From Jimgerdemannia flammicorona (Eukaryota), in contig RBNJ01000084.1 in the NCBI GenBank assembly GCA_003990765.1, positions 1-42,795 on the forward strand: DNA of 42,795 nt, read 5' to 3'. Within the stretch, counting starts at the first letter, position 1. The number at the start of each line of letters is the position of its first letter. Shown here one piece after another: positions 22,931-36,652 of the stretch. The notes beneath the pieces are model-generated. The model saw only the letters and a list, made by a program, of their open reading frames with translations, was not told where the DNA came from and did not search any database. The position numbers were made by a program, and so were the translations under genes.

Positions 22931-25350
22931 TGCCCTTTCTTCTCTCTACCCTCTGCCCTCCATCAATTCTATCTAATAGTACATTTTTGACTATATTAAA
23001 GTTCCCACCAAGTACATCCACTCTAGCTCCTGTCAGAGTCCCTTTCTCCTGGAGACCCTTCAGCTACTCTACACACTCACCCTGTACTGCTAAATAGTAG
23101 CAGGATCCAACTGTAATCAGTTCCTGACCAGAGCAAATCTACTCACCCCAGACCAGCCTATCTTTCTAGTTCTGTATATCTCATATCTCTCCTCTGCTCT
23201 TCCTGACCAGAATCCCAACCTTGCCCTTCCAAACTGTCTCTCCTCTCCATTTCTTTGTCTATTCCAGTTTATTCAAATCACCCTCATATCTGATATCCTA
23301 CAAAAGAAAGAGATCAGCCTCCAATCACTTTAGTATTCTATTGATGAAATGAACCCTAAAGCCTATTCACATTTAAAGAGAAAATGTTGGTCATACTGTT
23401 TATAAGGAATAATATATAATAGTAGGCATATCCTCTACTGCTCCATGTTCATCTCATCCTGAGCCAAGTCCAGATTATATTCCACAGCTTTCTTCTCTTC
23501 AGTTCTCTTAGTCTCCATTTCAGTCAGAAGTTCTATAAACTCTCCATCCTCCTTCTCCTTGAATTCTTTACAATATTTCAGGCAGACCTCCTGCTAGAGC
23601 TACAACCCATACCACTCTGCTCAACAGAAAACAGCTCTCTCACCAGCAGTAACTACCAGTCCAGCCTCTCTCTCCTTATCAACCTCATACCCTTCCTCCT
23701 CCAGGAAAACTGCAAGAATCTCTGCCTTCAACACCTCCACCACTCTCTCACTATGCAAGATACATACCCAATATTCATCACTCATCACTTACAGATCCAC
23801 CTCTGATGCAAAGTTATTCATCATCTTACACATCCAGAGCAGATTTCCCACCTCCTTCCCCCCAGGAGTCACTGGCCACCCTCTATCCAGCATTAAGATA
23901 TCAGCTCCTACACTTGCAGCCTCATCCCACTCCTCTTTCTGAATATCTCCTCACTCACTACCACTACCTACCCCCCCCTTTGCCTTCTCTCCCCCTCCTG
24001 GTCCCTTCTCTGTATTCTCTCTATCCTTACTGGCCCAGATGCTCTCCTTGGCTCTCTCTATGATTTCAATACCACCAGCATCCTTCTTTGCCCTGCTTTT
24101 CAGTTTTGCCAACAACTCTCTCTGCCTCTTATGTTCTTGGGATCTTTTCCACTACCCCTTATCTACCTGAACTCTCTTTTCATATACCACTTTCAGATAT
24201 ATCAACTTGATATACACCTTCTAAGCCTTAGCCCTCCACTCTACAACATCACTCAGCTCTTTCAGTGTCTTCAGCAGATCCTCTTCCTCCTCCTCACTCT
24301 CCTTCACCCTCATCACCTTATACAAGAAAGCCCCCCAGACCATTACTAAAGGCCAGTCTCTAGCCTTTCTGGTAGTTTTCTTCTCTGCTAACCAAATTCA
24401 AACATCAATATCCCCAGTCCTGAATGAGGTCCCCTTCCAGACCCAAAACCCAACATTGATCACCTCACTATACTCAGCCATAACTTCCTCAACTCTTCTT
24501 CTTGTCTCCTCAGTGGTTATCATAGACACCCCCTTCACCAGTAATTGTGCCACCCTGGGGTCTCACCTTAAGTAGCACACCATTGGAACACACATCTCTC
24601 CAACTATCAACCCTACCTTCAGTGCCTCCTCTAATGGTCCAGTCTCCTCAAAACCAACTTCTACTTCTTCCAGTTCTTTCAGGAACTTCACAGATACTGC
24701 TCTAGCCACCTGCTTAGCAATCAGCCCCAGGACTATTTTCACCATCACTGCTAAGTCTTGGAAGCACAAAGTGATTGTAAACTCCAAAATTGACTTCTTG
24801 AGTAATGGTGTCACCACCAGTTCTATTATACCATCTGCCAAATTGCTAGGCCTTGTGCCTTTCCCACTGCTCAGTCTATTATCAGCAGTCCCATCTAGAT
24901 TTTTTTCCTGATTATCTGTCACACTCTCATCAGCAGTCACTCTCTCAGCCCCTACACCACCAGTCCCACTACTCTGACCCCCCAGAGAGACTCCCCCTCA
25001 AGGCTACTGCTCAGCAGTCTTCACCATCTCCTTATCCCTCCTAAGCCAGCCCTCCAGTCCAGCTCCCTGCTGACCCCCCCTTCATCTTATCCACAAAGCT
25101 TGTCCTCTCTGTCCCCTGATCTCCAGTGCTGTCTCCTCCCCTACTATATTCTCTTATCAGCAGACCCCTCATGCTTCCCCCCAAGCCTGGGCTCCTCTCT
25201 ACATACTGCCAGTTGAATACACTCAGACTACCCTGCTCAGTATACACCTCAGAATACTCTTTAGTTGCTATGATACTAGTAGCTTTTCTTTAAAAACTAT
25301 GTTGAAAGTGTTGTCAAAAGATTGTATAACCTGAATATTACTGAAGAAAG
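22930..25350 (-). mobile_element. 5' portion of a LINE close to copy 3 (5' UTR, ORF1, truncated endonuclease)
   Basis: Colinear with about 34050-36652. A second EN start NSMTNIFSLNVN lies near 23400, with GNFN..LDRIDGG ending near 22940. Confidence 0.85.
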
Positions 25351-25378
25351 ACATGCTATGGATTGAAACATAAAGTAC

Positions 25379-26805
25379 ATATAAGCAACTATTACTACTC
25401 TGCATCATCTCAATAATCTGACCATTAAGACAGTAGATTTTATTAAGTTAAAATCAACTACCAAGGCTCTAATCAAAGAAAGTCAAAAAGTAGCTAGATA
25501 TGACCTATATATAGCCAAAGAAGCTATAGTTTTCAACTAAGAAGTCAAACAAGTTTATATAGGAATCAGTATTCAAATTCCTGAAGGATATATTAGAAGA
25601 ATATACTGTTACAGCAGCCTAGCATTAAAAGGACTCTCAGTAGAAGAAGGAATCATTGATAAAGATTATATAAGTAAAATCATTATCCTTATCTGAAACT
25701 ATAGTTGGATACTATTCAAGATCTCTATTGATTTTTGTATTACTCAGATTCTATTTGAAAAGATTAAGTCAACTCTGACAATCAAGGAAGTCTCTGAACT
25801 ACTGCCTACTATCTAAGGATCTAAAGGATTTGGCTCATCAAATAAGGCCCCAGCCCAACCTACCATAAATAAGGAGAAATAATTCTATAAGAAAAGTGAA
25901 GATAAATTTATACCAAGTAGCTGATGACCTTATAGTATTAGAATATACTCTTCTTGAATAATTGAAAATTGCTTCTCTTATATCAATAAACTAGCTCAAA
26001 GAAGAACCAATAGAAGAAAAGCTTCTATAATTGAAATTACTACTATTGGATCAGACAAACTGCTTACTCTCCAAGCTTTTATTAATCAAGTACCTGTTAA
26101 GATCATAATAGACAGTAGTGCCTCTGGCAATTTCATCAATGAAGAAACAGCCAATAGACTCAAAGTTCTGACCTCTCCAATATAATAGACTCAAGCTATT
26201 GTTATAGCTGATAGAACCTCACATATTATTAATAAGGAAGTCTGCAACCTATCCTTCAGAATTGGCAATTACTAAGTATATATCACACTCTAAATCATAC
26301 TACTTCCTGATAATGAAATCATCCTTAGAACTCTATGATTAAAGCAAGAGAACTTCATGATTGATTGAGTAAACTATTCTCTAACTATTAAGAAAGGACA
26401 CTATAATATCAAACTATAAGACAAAAGAGACCCACTCAATTATAGACTCAAGGATTATATATATCAATAAGCTATAACTTAAGAAATTGGCCAAGAAATG
26501 CCCTCTTTTTGCTATCTCTATCTGACCATCTAAAGGAGAACCCAAGAATAATAAAAAAGACTTCTCTAAAGTTGACAGTTGCATTAGACCTCTACTCTAG
26601 AAATTCTGAGATATATTCTTAAAGAAACTCCTGAAAGGCCTACCATCTAAATGAGCAGTAGATTATATCATCAAGATCATCCCAGATACCAAGCCTACAT
26701 TCAAGTCAATCTACTATATATCTCTAAGAGAGATTGATATACTCAAGAAAGAAATCAATAAACTTCTAGAATAAGGATTCATTAGACCTAATATATCTCT
26801 ATATA
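25379..26805 (+). mobile_element. Internal fragment of a family-B gypsy element (dUTPase, protease, start of RT)
   Basis: Reverse-complement homolog of about 37810-39185. dUTPase at about 25436-25840 (YDLY, SSLALKG, GIIDKDY, GFGSS); protease IDSSASGNFI at about 26108. Cut at the IRP.IS.Y motif by the LTR starting at 26806. Confidence 0.88.
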
Positions 26806-28840
26806 TATAAGAGGGTTACTTATAAAAGTACTATTATATAGTTCTGAAAGAGTTTTCTAGAAGTTCTGGATATTCTGAAAGATTGTTTTCTTTAGGTCAA
26901 GATCAATTTTATATAGAGTATATTCTCTATACTATTGATTTTAAGATCAGATTGACATCTCAACTAAAGTTCTTTTTTAGACTAGTTCTGGATATTCAGA
27001 ATTTTCTATATTTCAGAAAGTTTAAGAAACTAAGACTAGCTTAGTTGAATTAGCATATCACTGCAGACAATACCCAATTAGGAAATTTTATGATATAGTT
27101 AGGAGTGAGACCTAACAGGATATAGATTTACTTAAGAGTAGTTTGTAGGTTATTAAATAGGTTTATAATATTACTATACTAGGAGTAGTGTGTAAATAGA
27201 TATTGTAAGGAAGTGTTCAGGAGTTCTTATATATTCAGATCTGTTCAAGTCTGAGTTTCTGAGATCTAAGAGAGCAGATATTTATACTAATAGAGGTTAT
27301 CTAGACTATACTAAATATGGATATATGTAGCACTTAGTGTCTTACTGAGTCAGAATATAGTCATATAATACAAGTGTGAACTGATATGTCAAGAGATCAT
27401 CTGACTGCTGAGTCAGTATATAGTCACATTATATAAGACTAATCTAACTATACTAATAACTGCTAAGCTATCTATAGATTTAGATACTATCTAGGTAGTC
27501 TTCAATGAAGTCACTATTGATATTATCTCTGATAAAGTAGTTATCTAAGAAGAGCAGTTCTTGGATTATATCTTCTTATTTATTTATATAGTAGTAGGTT
27601 GGAACCATGTTACTATCCTATAGGATAGTATCATCTGTTTCATATACTGAGTAAGGTATCAGTGAGTAGAGAAGGGATACATCATCTTTGCTTTCATCAA
27701 ATTTACTATCTGCATATCTTCTATAGATAATAGTACTATAGATTACAGAGTTGTAGTAGGCTGGTAGCTGTGATTCATTTTGTTCATACTTAGAAAGTAG
27801 AGTTGTTGGTTCAATTTCAAGAGTTATCTAAAAGTATAGATTATATTCTCTAGTTTCTTTATTGTAGTTGAAGTAATTGGGTATAAATGTAGATTGATAC
27901 TTATGCCAGTGGTCATTATTTCAATAGGTCTCATAGATGGTTATGAACTATTATAAGTTCATTAGCAAGATCAGTAGAGTAATCAGGGCTGGCAGAGATC
28001 CTTAGCTGGAGGTCATATCAGTATTGGAGGAGTTATTGTCTTCAGCTTCATTGTTATCAAACTAGATTATATTGTAGACATTCTTTATGATATATCCAAC
28101 TTAGAGTATTTGTAAGATATAATTATCAGGATAAAGGAAGGATTTATCTGTAGTTTGAACATACTCAATATACTTGTAGTTAAGTTCTTGTATTATATCA
28201 TTAATTTGGTCATAGGACAGAGTGGTAATCATTTCAGTAGTAGTAACTTAGAGGTAGGAAATAAAGATACTATACTTATAGAAGAGTTCTCAGTACTTAT
28301 GAGCAATGAGTTTCTGGTGTTAGGATATCTGAATAATATCTGTATTATAGTAGCATTCAACTATATCTTCTAGGAGGTGACTGATCTAGTAGTAGCTTGA
28401 GATTTGTCTAATTTGGTAGACTTCACTAAGTATGTTCAGGGCATTCCATCAGGCTTCTACAAAGTAGAAAGATGCTAGACTATAGATATTCATGAGGAGC
28501 AGAGGAGGTGTGGTTCAGTTGACAATAGTATTCCAAATGTCAGTATATATGCAGTTATAGATCTTGGTGGTCATATCTATATATATTCAAGAGTTGTAGT
28601 TATTTATTTGGTTTATTATAGTTCTCCATTTCAATGTATCTGTATTTTCAGTATATATATTTTTGGTCCTGATTAGTAAGGCTCTGTTTTATGTAAATCT
28701 TATATTTTATAACTTCAAGTTGACTCAGCTTTGTGTTTTGTGACTTTGAGTTAACTCAGCTTCATAATCTTATATATGATTTCTGGATTTGTTCTAAGAG
28801 TGACATGTGATTTTGGTGGCTTGAAGGTTGTATACTCATA
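26806..28840 (-). repeat. 3' LTR of element B (~2035 bp)
   Basis: The start TATAAGAGGG corresponds to TGTAAGAGGG at 41154. The end is defined by the 6890 copy and the adjacent PPT. Confidence 0.88.
27490..28574 (-). pseudogene. LTR-encoded accessory ORF of element B (>=200, possibly ~360 codons)
   Basis: ATG at 28574 (MTTKIYNCIYTDIW...). The frame is kept in the copy starting at 6623, and stops are transition-type. The 3' limit is uncertain. Confidence 0.58.
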
Positions 28841-28854
28841 ACTCTCTTCTTTTT
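28841..28854 (-). promoter_or_regulatory. Polypurine tract of element B
   Basis: AAAAAGAAGAGAGT abuts the LTR on the minus strand. Confidence 0.75.
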
Positions 28855-29289
28855 AGCTTTTGAGATTCTCATTGAGGTCTTCTAATTTGGTCTAGTGTTG
28901 TTACATCATTTGGATGATCAAAAGTCTGATAATGTTTATTTTTCTCAGAAAGTAGTATACTCATAGTATAGTTGCCTAATATATTGAATTTATATATTAA
29001 AGGGTTATGTATTCAATGCTGTATACTAGAAGTAATTCTGACATCATTCACTACTGGAGAATTTCCTCTAAGGAATCTTCTTAAATATCTATACCTCATT
29101 TTCCACCAGTGGTATGGGGAGAATAGGCTATCTTTTAGTTTTACTATTTTTCTAGAGAGTTAGTATTCTTTTGTCTTGACTTGCTGAGTTCTTGATTTCA
29201 TTCATGATAATTATAAGAGTACTTAATGTTCAGGAGGAATAATATATAGTATAGAGCTGATAGATTAGGTTTTAGTTATTCAAAGAATC

Positions 29290-29442
29290 ATATTCTTGAA
29301 CTAAGTCAGTAGTATTCTAGAGGTTGGTTTTGGATTCTCATGTTACATTATGAATCAGATAACCTTTCTATTTGATAAGATATTCTGGATGATTCTTGTG
29401 GCTATATTTGTTGAGGATTTGTTCAACTTTATATTCTTCTTG
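29290..29442 (-). pseudogene. Chromodomain at the integrase C-terminus of element B
   Basis: EEYKVEQIL...EYLIK*KGY....T*ES..NL matches the decayed consensus EYEVE.IL..YLVKWKGY...TWEP..NL. Confidence 0.88.
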
Positions 29443-30788
29443 ATTATTAATAATAACAGATACAGGTGGTTTGGCAGTTCAGTTTAAGAATAGCTTATCA
29501 TCATTTTCATTATATTACTTGAAATATTGAATATTGAAGACTGAGTGAATCTTAATAGTATCTGGTAGTATCAATATGTAGAAATTTAGAGAAACTTGTA
29601 TAATTACTTTGAATAGTCCAATGAATTTACTATTTAGCTTTATAGAGAATCTGTACTTGAGGTTGTCAACTTGGTATCCTCAAATATCTAGTAGAACCTT
29701 TTCTCTAATATCAAATGTTTCTTCTCAGCAATATTAGTTAATATACTATAATTATTATTCTTAAGTTTGAGATAAATTCTCAATTGCAATCTGGCTTAAG
29801 TTGTATATTTAGAGTAGAAATTCTTCAATGACTTTGATAGTAGAGAGTTTATCAGTAGTTCTGATAAGTATCAGAGGTGTTCAGATTTTGTCCAGTATTG
29901 GCAAAGAATGGAGTCATTCTTAGAGAGACTTGTTTACTATTATTATAAGAAAACTCAACTACAGTAAGGTGTTCATATCAATTATCTTATCTATAGGAAA
30001 TATAGTTCCTTAGTATTTATTTTAGAGTTTGGTTCATTCTTTCAGTTTGGCCATCAGTTTTGAGATAAAAGGCTATAGATAGTATAAGTTTCATTCTAAG
30101 ATATATATAGGGCTTTTCAAAAATAGCTGGTAAATTTTAGATCTCAGTCACTAACAATGATTTTAGGAAGACCATAATAGTAGAAGATATTGTCAAACAA
30201 GAGTATAGTGATGTCCAGTACTATTGTAGTAGTAGTAGTTGGTACAAAGTAGGCTTATTTGCTGAGATAATCTATGAAGACAACAATTGCATCTTTCTCA
30301 TTCTTGGTTCAGAGTAGTTATATAATGAAGTCTATAGAGATTTGTTCCCAATTAGCAGATAGTATTGAGATAGAGTAGAGTAATCCTGATTTTACTAAAG
30401 TTGAGAACTTGTTATATTGGTAGATATCACAGAAAGTAATATAGGTCTTTAGCTGATCAGCTATATAGAGTTAATAGAAGTTTCAAATTCTAGATATCTG
30501 GCTGTAGAGGCATTATGATATTCAAATAGAATAGTCCTTCAGAGGTCTCAATTATTAGGAATATACAATCTATCCTTATAATAGATAGTATTATCTTTTA
30601 GTTAGTATTGGTGATATTGAGAGTATTTGTCAATATCATCACTGTTCAGAATTTCTTAAAGTACTCGAGTTTCTTTATCATCAGTATATGCTATAATAAT
30701 TTGTTCCATAATGGAGTTGATAACCAAGGTGAGAGTTTGAATAACTTCTTCAATTAGTAATCTCAAAATTGTATCAGTAATAATATTC
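29443..30788 (-). pseudogene. Integrase and the last RNase H codons of element B
   Basis: WEQISIDFI, IVSD*DLKFTS, TDGQTERMNQTL and KLNSKFIGLF..KIHSVFN. Confidence 0.85.
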
Positions 30789-33700
30789 CTTTTTTATTTT
30801 TTTATTTTATTTTTAAAGTCACTTAGACTTTACCATTTATTATCAATCTATCACATAGAATTACATTATCTCCTCTTACTATCCAATACCCCTAAGGAGC
30901 CCCCCTCCTCTATACTCTCATACTTAAAAACCACCTTGCCACCCACTACTCCAACTTTTCCCTCACTCTGCCCACAAATTTTCTCTACCAAATAGTGCTA
31001 CTGACCTCTCTGCAGACTCTATCCCAGCCACCAGTCTGTCAAGATGTCCTCCATCAACCCTTCCTATCTTGCCAACTGCTCTCCCAAACTCAAATACTTT
31101 TCTTTCTCAAAAATAAACAGTCAGTGACCTACCAGACCTATCTATATCACTAATACTCAACTCAAAGTCAGCTACTCCTTCTCTACCCCCCCCTCCTATC
31201 AATCTATTTCTCAGATCCTCCTATCAGCCCTACTCACTATCCCCCCTATATACAACACTCAATCTATTTCCAACCACTAATCAGAATTTATCAAGTATCT
31301 TGTACTCTCTCAGCCAATATTCTAGTATCTGTATAAATCCTCTTTTCTGTCCCACATTATAATACTTCTCATATTCAAAATTCCCCTCCTCTATAAGGTG
31401 GCCCAAGTGAAAGTTGAGCATAACATTCCTCTATAGTATATACTACTAAACCACTCAGTATTTAGGTGGTAACTATTATCTTATCTCTATACTCTAGGCC
31501 CAGACTCTATTCTAGTCCCACTTCTCTCTAATTCCTGTCATCCACTAGCTGCTAGACCATACATCCTGTCCCATCCCCCTCTGGTACTCTACTCTATCAC
31601 CAATATCAAAGTTCATAAGGAGGGCACTCTCTAGCAATACTCAATTCCATCTCCAAATTTACTAGACTCCAAGGTATCTCTCCTTTATCTCTCTGCTAAT
31701 AAATTCTAATATAGTGAGCCCCATCTACTATTCTCTACCAGAAGCTCTTAAATCTCATACATCTACTATTTGGAAGCCCAACCAAGGACAGTAAATCCCT
31801 GATAGTTTCTCTTGATAAGCACCTTATTTCTTAGACCTTCTTCATCAGAGAAACCCAGCTATTACCCCTTAGTTCCACCACTCTCTTCAACTACCATACT
31901 CTCAGACAATGTAATCTCTTTGGGAAATCAACCAGCCCCAGGCCTCCTCTAGCCACTGATAATGATAAGACTTCCTAGCTAATCTAACTCCTCTGCCTAG
32001 CCCAGATCTAATCTTTGGCTAGCTTCAATAGTCTCTTTACCACCTAGGCCAGAAAGTCCAGATAGTATACCAAATATCATATCTTCAGTAGCCAGTAGAT
32101 ATTCAGAATTGTAATATACCCTATCAAAGAAAGTGGTGGTCTCCCTAATCTTACAGAATCTCTCCCCAGATAGCCACTCATCACTCCCACTAAGGTCATG
32201 GCAGAACTGATCCATATATAGAGAGATAGATGCCTAAGTACCTCACAGCCTCTCCAGCAGAGAAAATTGTTTCAATAACATCCCCTCCCACCAGACCATT
32301 ATCTAATACCATTATTTAATACTTGTACTAGTTATGTTTAGCCCCAGAGTGTGTCTTATACCACTTTACTGTTTTCTAGAGTTCCTCAACATCAGCAATT
32401 GACTCCAGACCAATCACTATATTATCTGTAAAGGCCCCAACCTTCCATACAATACCAAATATAGAGAGTCTCACAATCTTCTGCCTAATCCTATCCATCA
32501 ATAGCTCCAAGGACAGAATATACAAAATAGAGGACAGTGGGTCCCCCTAAGGAATGCCCCTTCTCAGCAGAAATGCCACTCCTCTATGCCCATTACACAT
32601 GAGCACCACTCTACTCTCTTCTAGTAGACTGATCATTACTACTCAGAACTGCTGAGAGACACCAATCCTGTTCAGAACCTTTGTTAGCCAAACTCACCAC
32701 ATATGATTATGCTTTCTTCTGATCCAAGAAGACCAATCTTCCATTCAGTTCTCTTCAATAACACCATACACCTAGGCTGTACTATCTCTAATGAGCTGGC
32801 CCCCTACAAAACCTCACTACTCCTCACCCAAGACTTACTGAGCCACATTCTGTAGTCATATCACCACCACCTTAGTGATCAACTTCCTGTCTATATCCAG
32901 TAGCATGATGGATCACTAATTTCTCCAGTCCTCTCTCCTCTTTCTGTTCTTAAAAAGCAGAGCCACCAGCCCCAGATCCTGCTCCCCCACCCACCTCCTA
33001 GACTATAATACTAAGTTACAGAGTACCATCAACTCTCCCATCACTCCAGGAACATCCACCATCTTCTTCTAAAAGTCCCAGGGCAGACCATCCTCTCCTA
33101 GTGTCATGCTCAGTATAGTTGCAGCAAGAACCTAGTGAATTTTCTCCTCCTAAACTAGTACTATCAAGCCATTAAGCCCATCAATCTATAGTGGGTATCA
33201 TTCCTCCAAAATGCATTCTATGGTGGCAGCATCAGCCTTACCCTCCTCTTCACTCCACAAACTACTCCACCTCTCCTTCAATGAGCTCAGAATATCTTGT
33301 GAACCATACACCAGCAGACCACCGGAATCAAGAACTCCTTTCCATTACTGCTTTACTCTCCTTATCCAAAGAGTCCTTGAAAGGTACCTAGAGGGCCTCC
33401 CCCCCTCCTCCAACCCCTGCCAGTGAAGATGTATAGCCAAACCCCACACTCTCATCTCCTTCTCCTTCCTCAATACCTATTGTAACTCTGCAACCTCCAG
33501 CCTCACCTGTATTACCCTCCAGTCCTCTACCCCCTCCAGGGCCAAGAGTTCAGCCCAGTCTTCCAAAAGCCCAGCCAATCTAGCAGAAGCCCAGGTCACC
33601 CTCCCCCTCCTCTGTCTTCCTGTCATCTTACCAGCTTCACTCTAGTAAACCCTAGCAGCCTCCTTCAACCTCACCTACTAGACACCAACTGCAGCCCCCT

Positions 33701-36652
33701 CTTACACCCAGCCCTCCATTCTCTGCTGAATGTTCTCTGCCCACTTATCCCACAAACCCTTCTCAGCCAATAAAGAGGAATTGAGATACTAATGTCCAGG
33801 CCCATCCTCACTCTCCCCAAAATGTTCCTGTCCCAATAGTTTCTAATAATCAGACTACAGACACTACTCAGCCTCTAGTGACTTCCAAACATCCAAGCCC
33901 CAGCAGTCTGTCATTAGTATCTAGTCAATCCTTGTACTCAGACCATTTGTCTAGTACATATACCCTCTGATTACTCTAGAACCCCCTACCAGTATCCACC
34001 AGAGCACTCAACCTCTCCACTTCTTCTTATATCTCCAACCCCCCACTCTTGTCCTCCATCCCCTGCCCTCCATCAGTCCTATCCACCAATGCCTTCTAGA
34101 CTATATTAAAGTTCCCTCCAAGAATATCCACTTCAGCCCTTGTGAGGGTCCCACTCTCTAGAAGTTTCTTCACCCAATCCACTCTCTCACCATGTACAGC
34201 AGAGCAGTAGCAGGACCCCATCATAACTGACTCCTAACCTGATCGAATCCACTCTCCCCAGACCAGCCTATTCCCCCAGCTCCTCATATCTTATATCTCT
34301 CCTCTGTCTCTCTATATCAGAATCCCAATCTTACCCTTCCAAACTGCTACACCTCTCTATTCTGTTATCTATTTTAGTCTATCCAAGTTATATTTACATC
34401 TAACATCCTGCAGAAGAAAGAGATCAGCCTTCAAGCTCTTCAGCTAAGTAAAAATGTTCTGATCTCTAACCAAACTCTACAGCCCATTCACATTCAAAGA
34501 AAAAAATATTTATTATACTATTTATAAGAAATAATATTAAGAGTTCTGCTCACTCTCTATAACTCCACATCTATCTCTTCTTGTGCCAAGTCCAAGTTGT
34601 GTTCCCCAGCCACCTCTTTCTCTTCAACTTTCCTTGCCTCCAATCCAACCAGAAGTTTAGTTAGTTCTCCATTCTCCTTTTTCTCAAAATCCTTATGATA
34701 CTTCAGGCAGGCCTCCTGCCAGAGCTATAATCCATGATACTCTACTCAACAGAAGACAGTCCACTCACTAGCAGCAACTGCCAACTTGGCCTCTCTCTTC
34801 TTATCAATCTCATACCCTTCTTTCTCCAGGAAAACTACAAGTACCTCCACCTTCAGTACCTCCACCACTCTATCACTATATAGGATCTGTGCCCAATACT
34901 CATCACTTATCACTCTTAGGTCCACTTCTCCCAGTTCTTCAACTACAAAGTTGTTTATCATCCAGCACATCTATAATAGGTTTTCTACCTCCTTCCTCCC
35001 TGGAGTTACTGGCCTTCCTTCACCCAGTATCAAGATATCTGCCCCTGTACTCACAGTCTCATTCCACTCCTCCTCTGAGATATCTACCAGTTCATCCTTA
35101 CCAGTCACTACTACCTATCCTCCCTTTGCCACCTCAGAAACTCTAAAGTACACTTGCTGAACACTATGCATTGGTATATCCTCTGCTGCTTGACCTCTCA
35201 CAGCTGGTCTCTGCCTGACAAGAGGAGGAGGAGTATCCTCCCAGACTTCAAACATACCATCCTTATATAAGTCCTTGCTCAGTATCTTTCTGGCCTCCTC
35301 TAGACCTACCTCTACATTCTCTCTACTTTTGCTGGCCCAGACACTCACTTTGGCTCCTCCAGTATCCTCACTACCACTAGTAGCTCTCTTTATCTCACTC
35401 TCTAGTTTTGCCAGCAACTCCCTCTGCCTTTTGTGATCCTGAGACCTCTCCCACAGCTCTTTATTAATGTGGATATGCTTCTCCTCAACAATCTCAAAGT
35501 GTGTTGACTCCATGTATGCCTTCCAAGCCTTCACTCTCTGCTCTACTATATCACTCAGCTTCTCTAGCACCTCTAACAGATCCTCTTCCTCCTCCTCACT
35601 CCTCTTCACCCTTATCACCTTATATACAAAGACTCTCTACACCATCACTAAAGGCCAATCATGAGTCTTCCCAGTAGCCTCTCTCTCTGCCAACTGAATC
35701 TGGATGTTAAAATCTCTTGTTCAGAAGGAGGTCTCTTCCCAGACCCTGAACCCTACATCGATCACCTCTCTATACTTGGCCATGACTTTCTCAACTATCC
35801 TCCTCATATCTACAGCAGTCACTGTAGGAACCCCTTTCACTAGGAGCTATACCACCCTGGGATCCCACCTCAAGCAGTATGCTATTGAAATATATACTTC
35901 CCCAACTATCAACCCAGTCTTCAGTGTATCCTCTAATGGCCCAGCCTCCTCAAAGCCCACCTCCACCCCTTTCAGGCCCCTCAGGAACTTAATAGATACT
36001 GCACTATTCATTTGCTTCATAATTAGCCCTAGGACTATTTTTGCTATCACTACTAAGCCTCAGAAATACAAAGTGACTATGAACTCCAAGATCAACTTCT
36101 TGAGTAATGGGGCCACTACCAGACCTGTTACACTATCAGCCAGGTCACTAGACCTCATGCCCTTTCCATAACTTAGTCCACCATCAGTAGTTCTATCTAG
36201 ATTTTTTTCCAGATTGCCTATCATACTTCTATCAGCAATCATCTCCTCAGCTACTACACCACTAGCCCCACTACTCTGGCCCCCCAGAGGGACTCTCTCC
36301 TGCAGCTGCTGCCTTATATTCTTTGCTGTCTCCTTACCCCTCCTCAGTCAACCCTCCAGTCTAGTTACCAGCTGTCTCTCCTTCACCTTATCTACAAAGC
36401 TTATCCTCTCAATTTTCTGTCCTCTAACACTGCTCTCTTCCCTTTTACATCCTCCTGCCAGCAAGCCTCTCATACTTCTCCCCAAGCTAGGGCCTCTCCC
36501 CATATATTGTCAGTCAAATGCATTTGGGCCTCCCTGCTCAGTATATATCTCAGAATACTTATTGCTTGCTATATTACTAGTATCTTCTCTCCAAAAACTG
36601 TGTTGTGAGTATTGTCAGAAGGTTGTGTAATCTGAATGTTACTGGAGAAAAG
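30789..36652 (-). mobile_element. Full-length L1/Tx1-like LINE (copy 3), degenerate
   Basis: A-rich tail at about 30790-30814 and the conserved 5' end at 36652. Imperfect 16-bp TSD ATCAGTAATAATATTC (30773-30788) vs ATCCACAATAATATTC (36653-36668). Removing it restores the host RNase H motif YHS(G)KENI..D.I.R. Confidence 0.92.
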
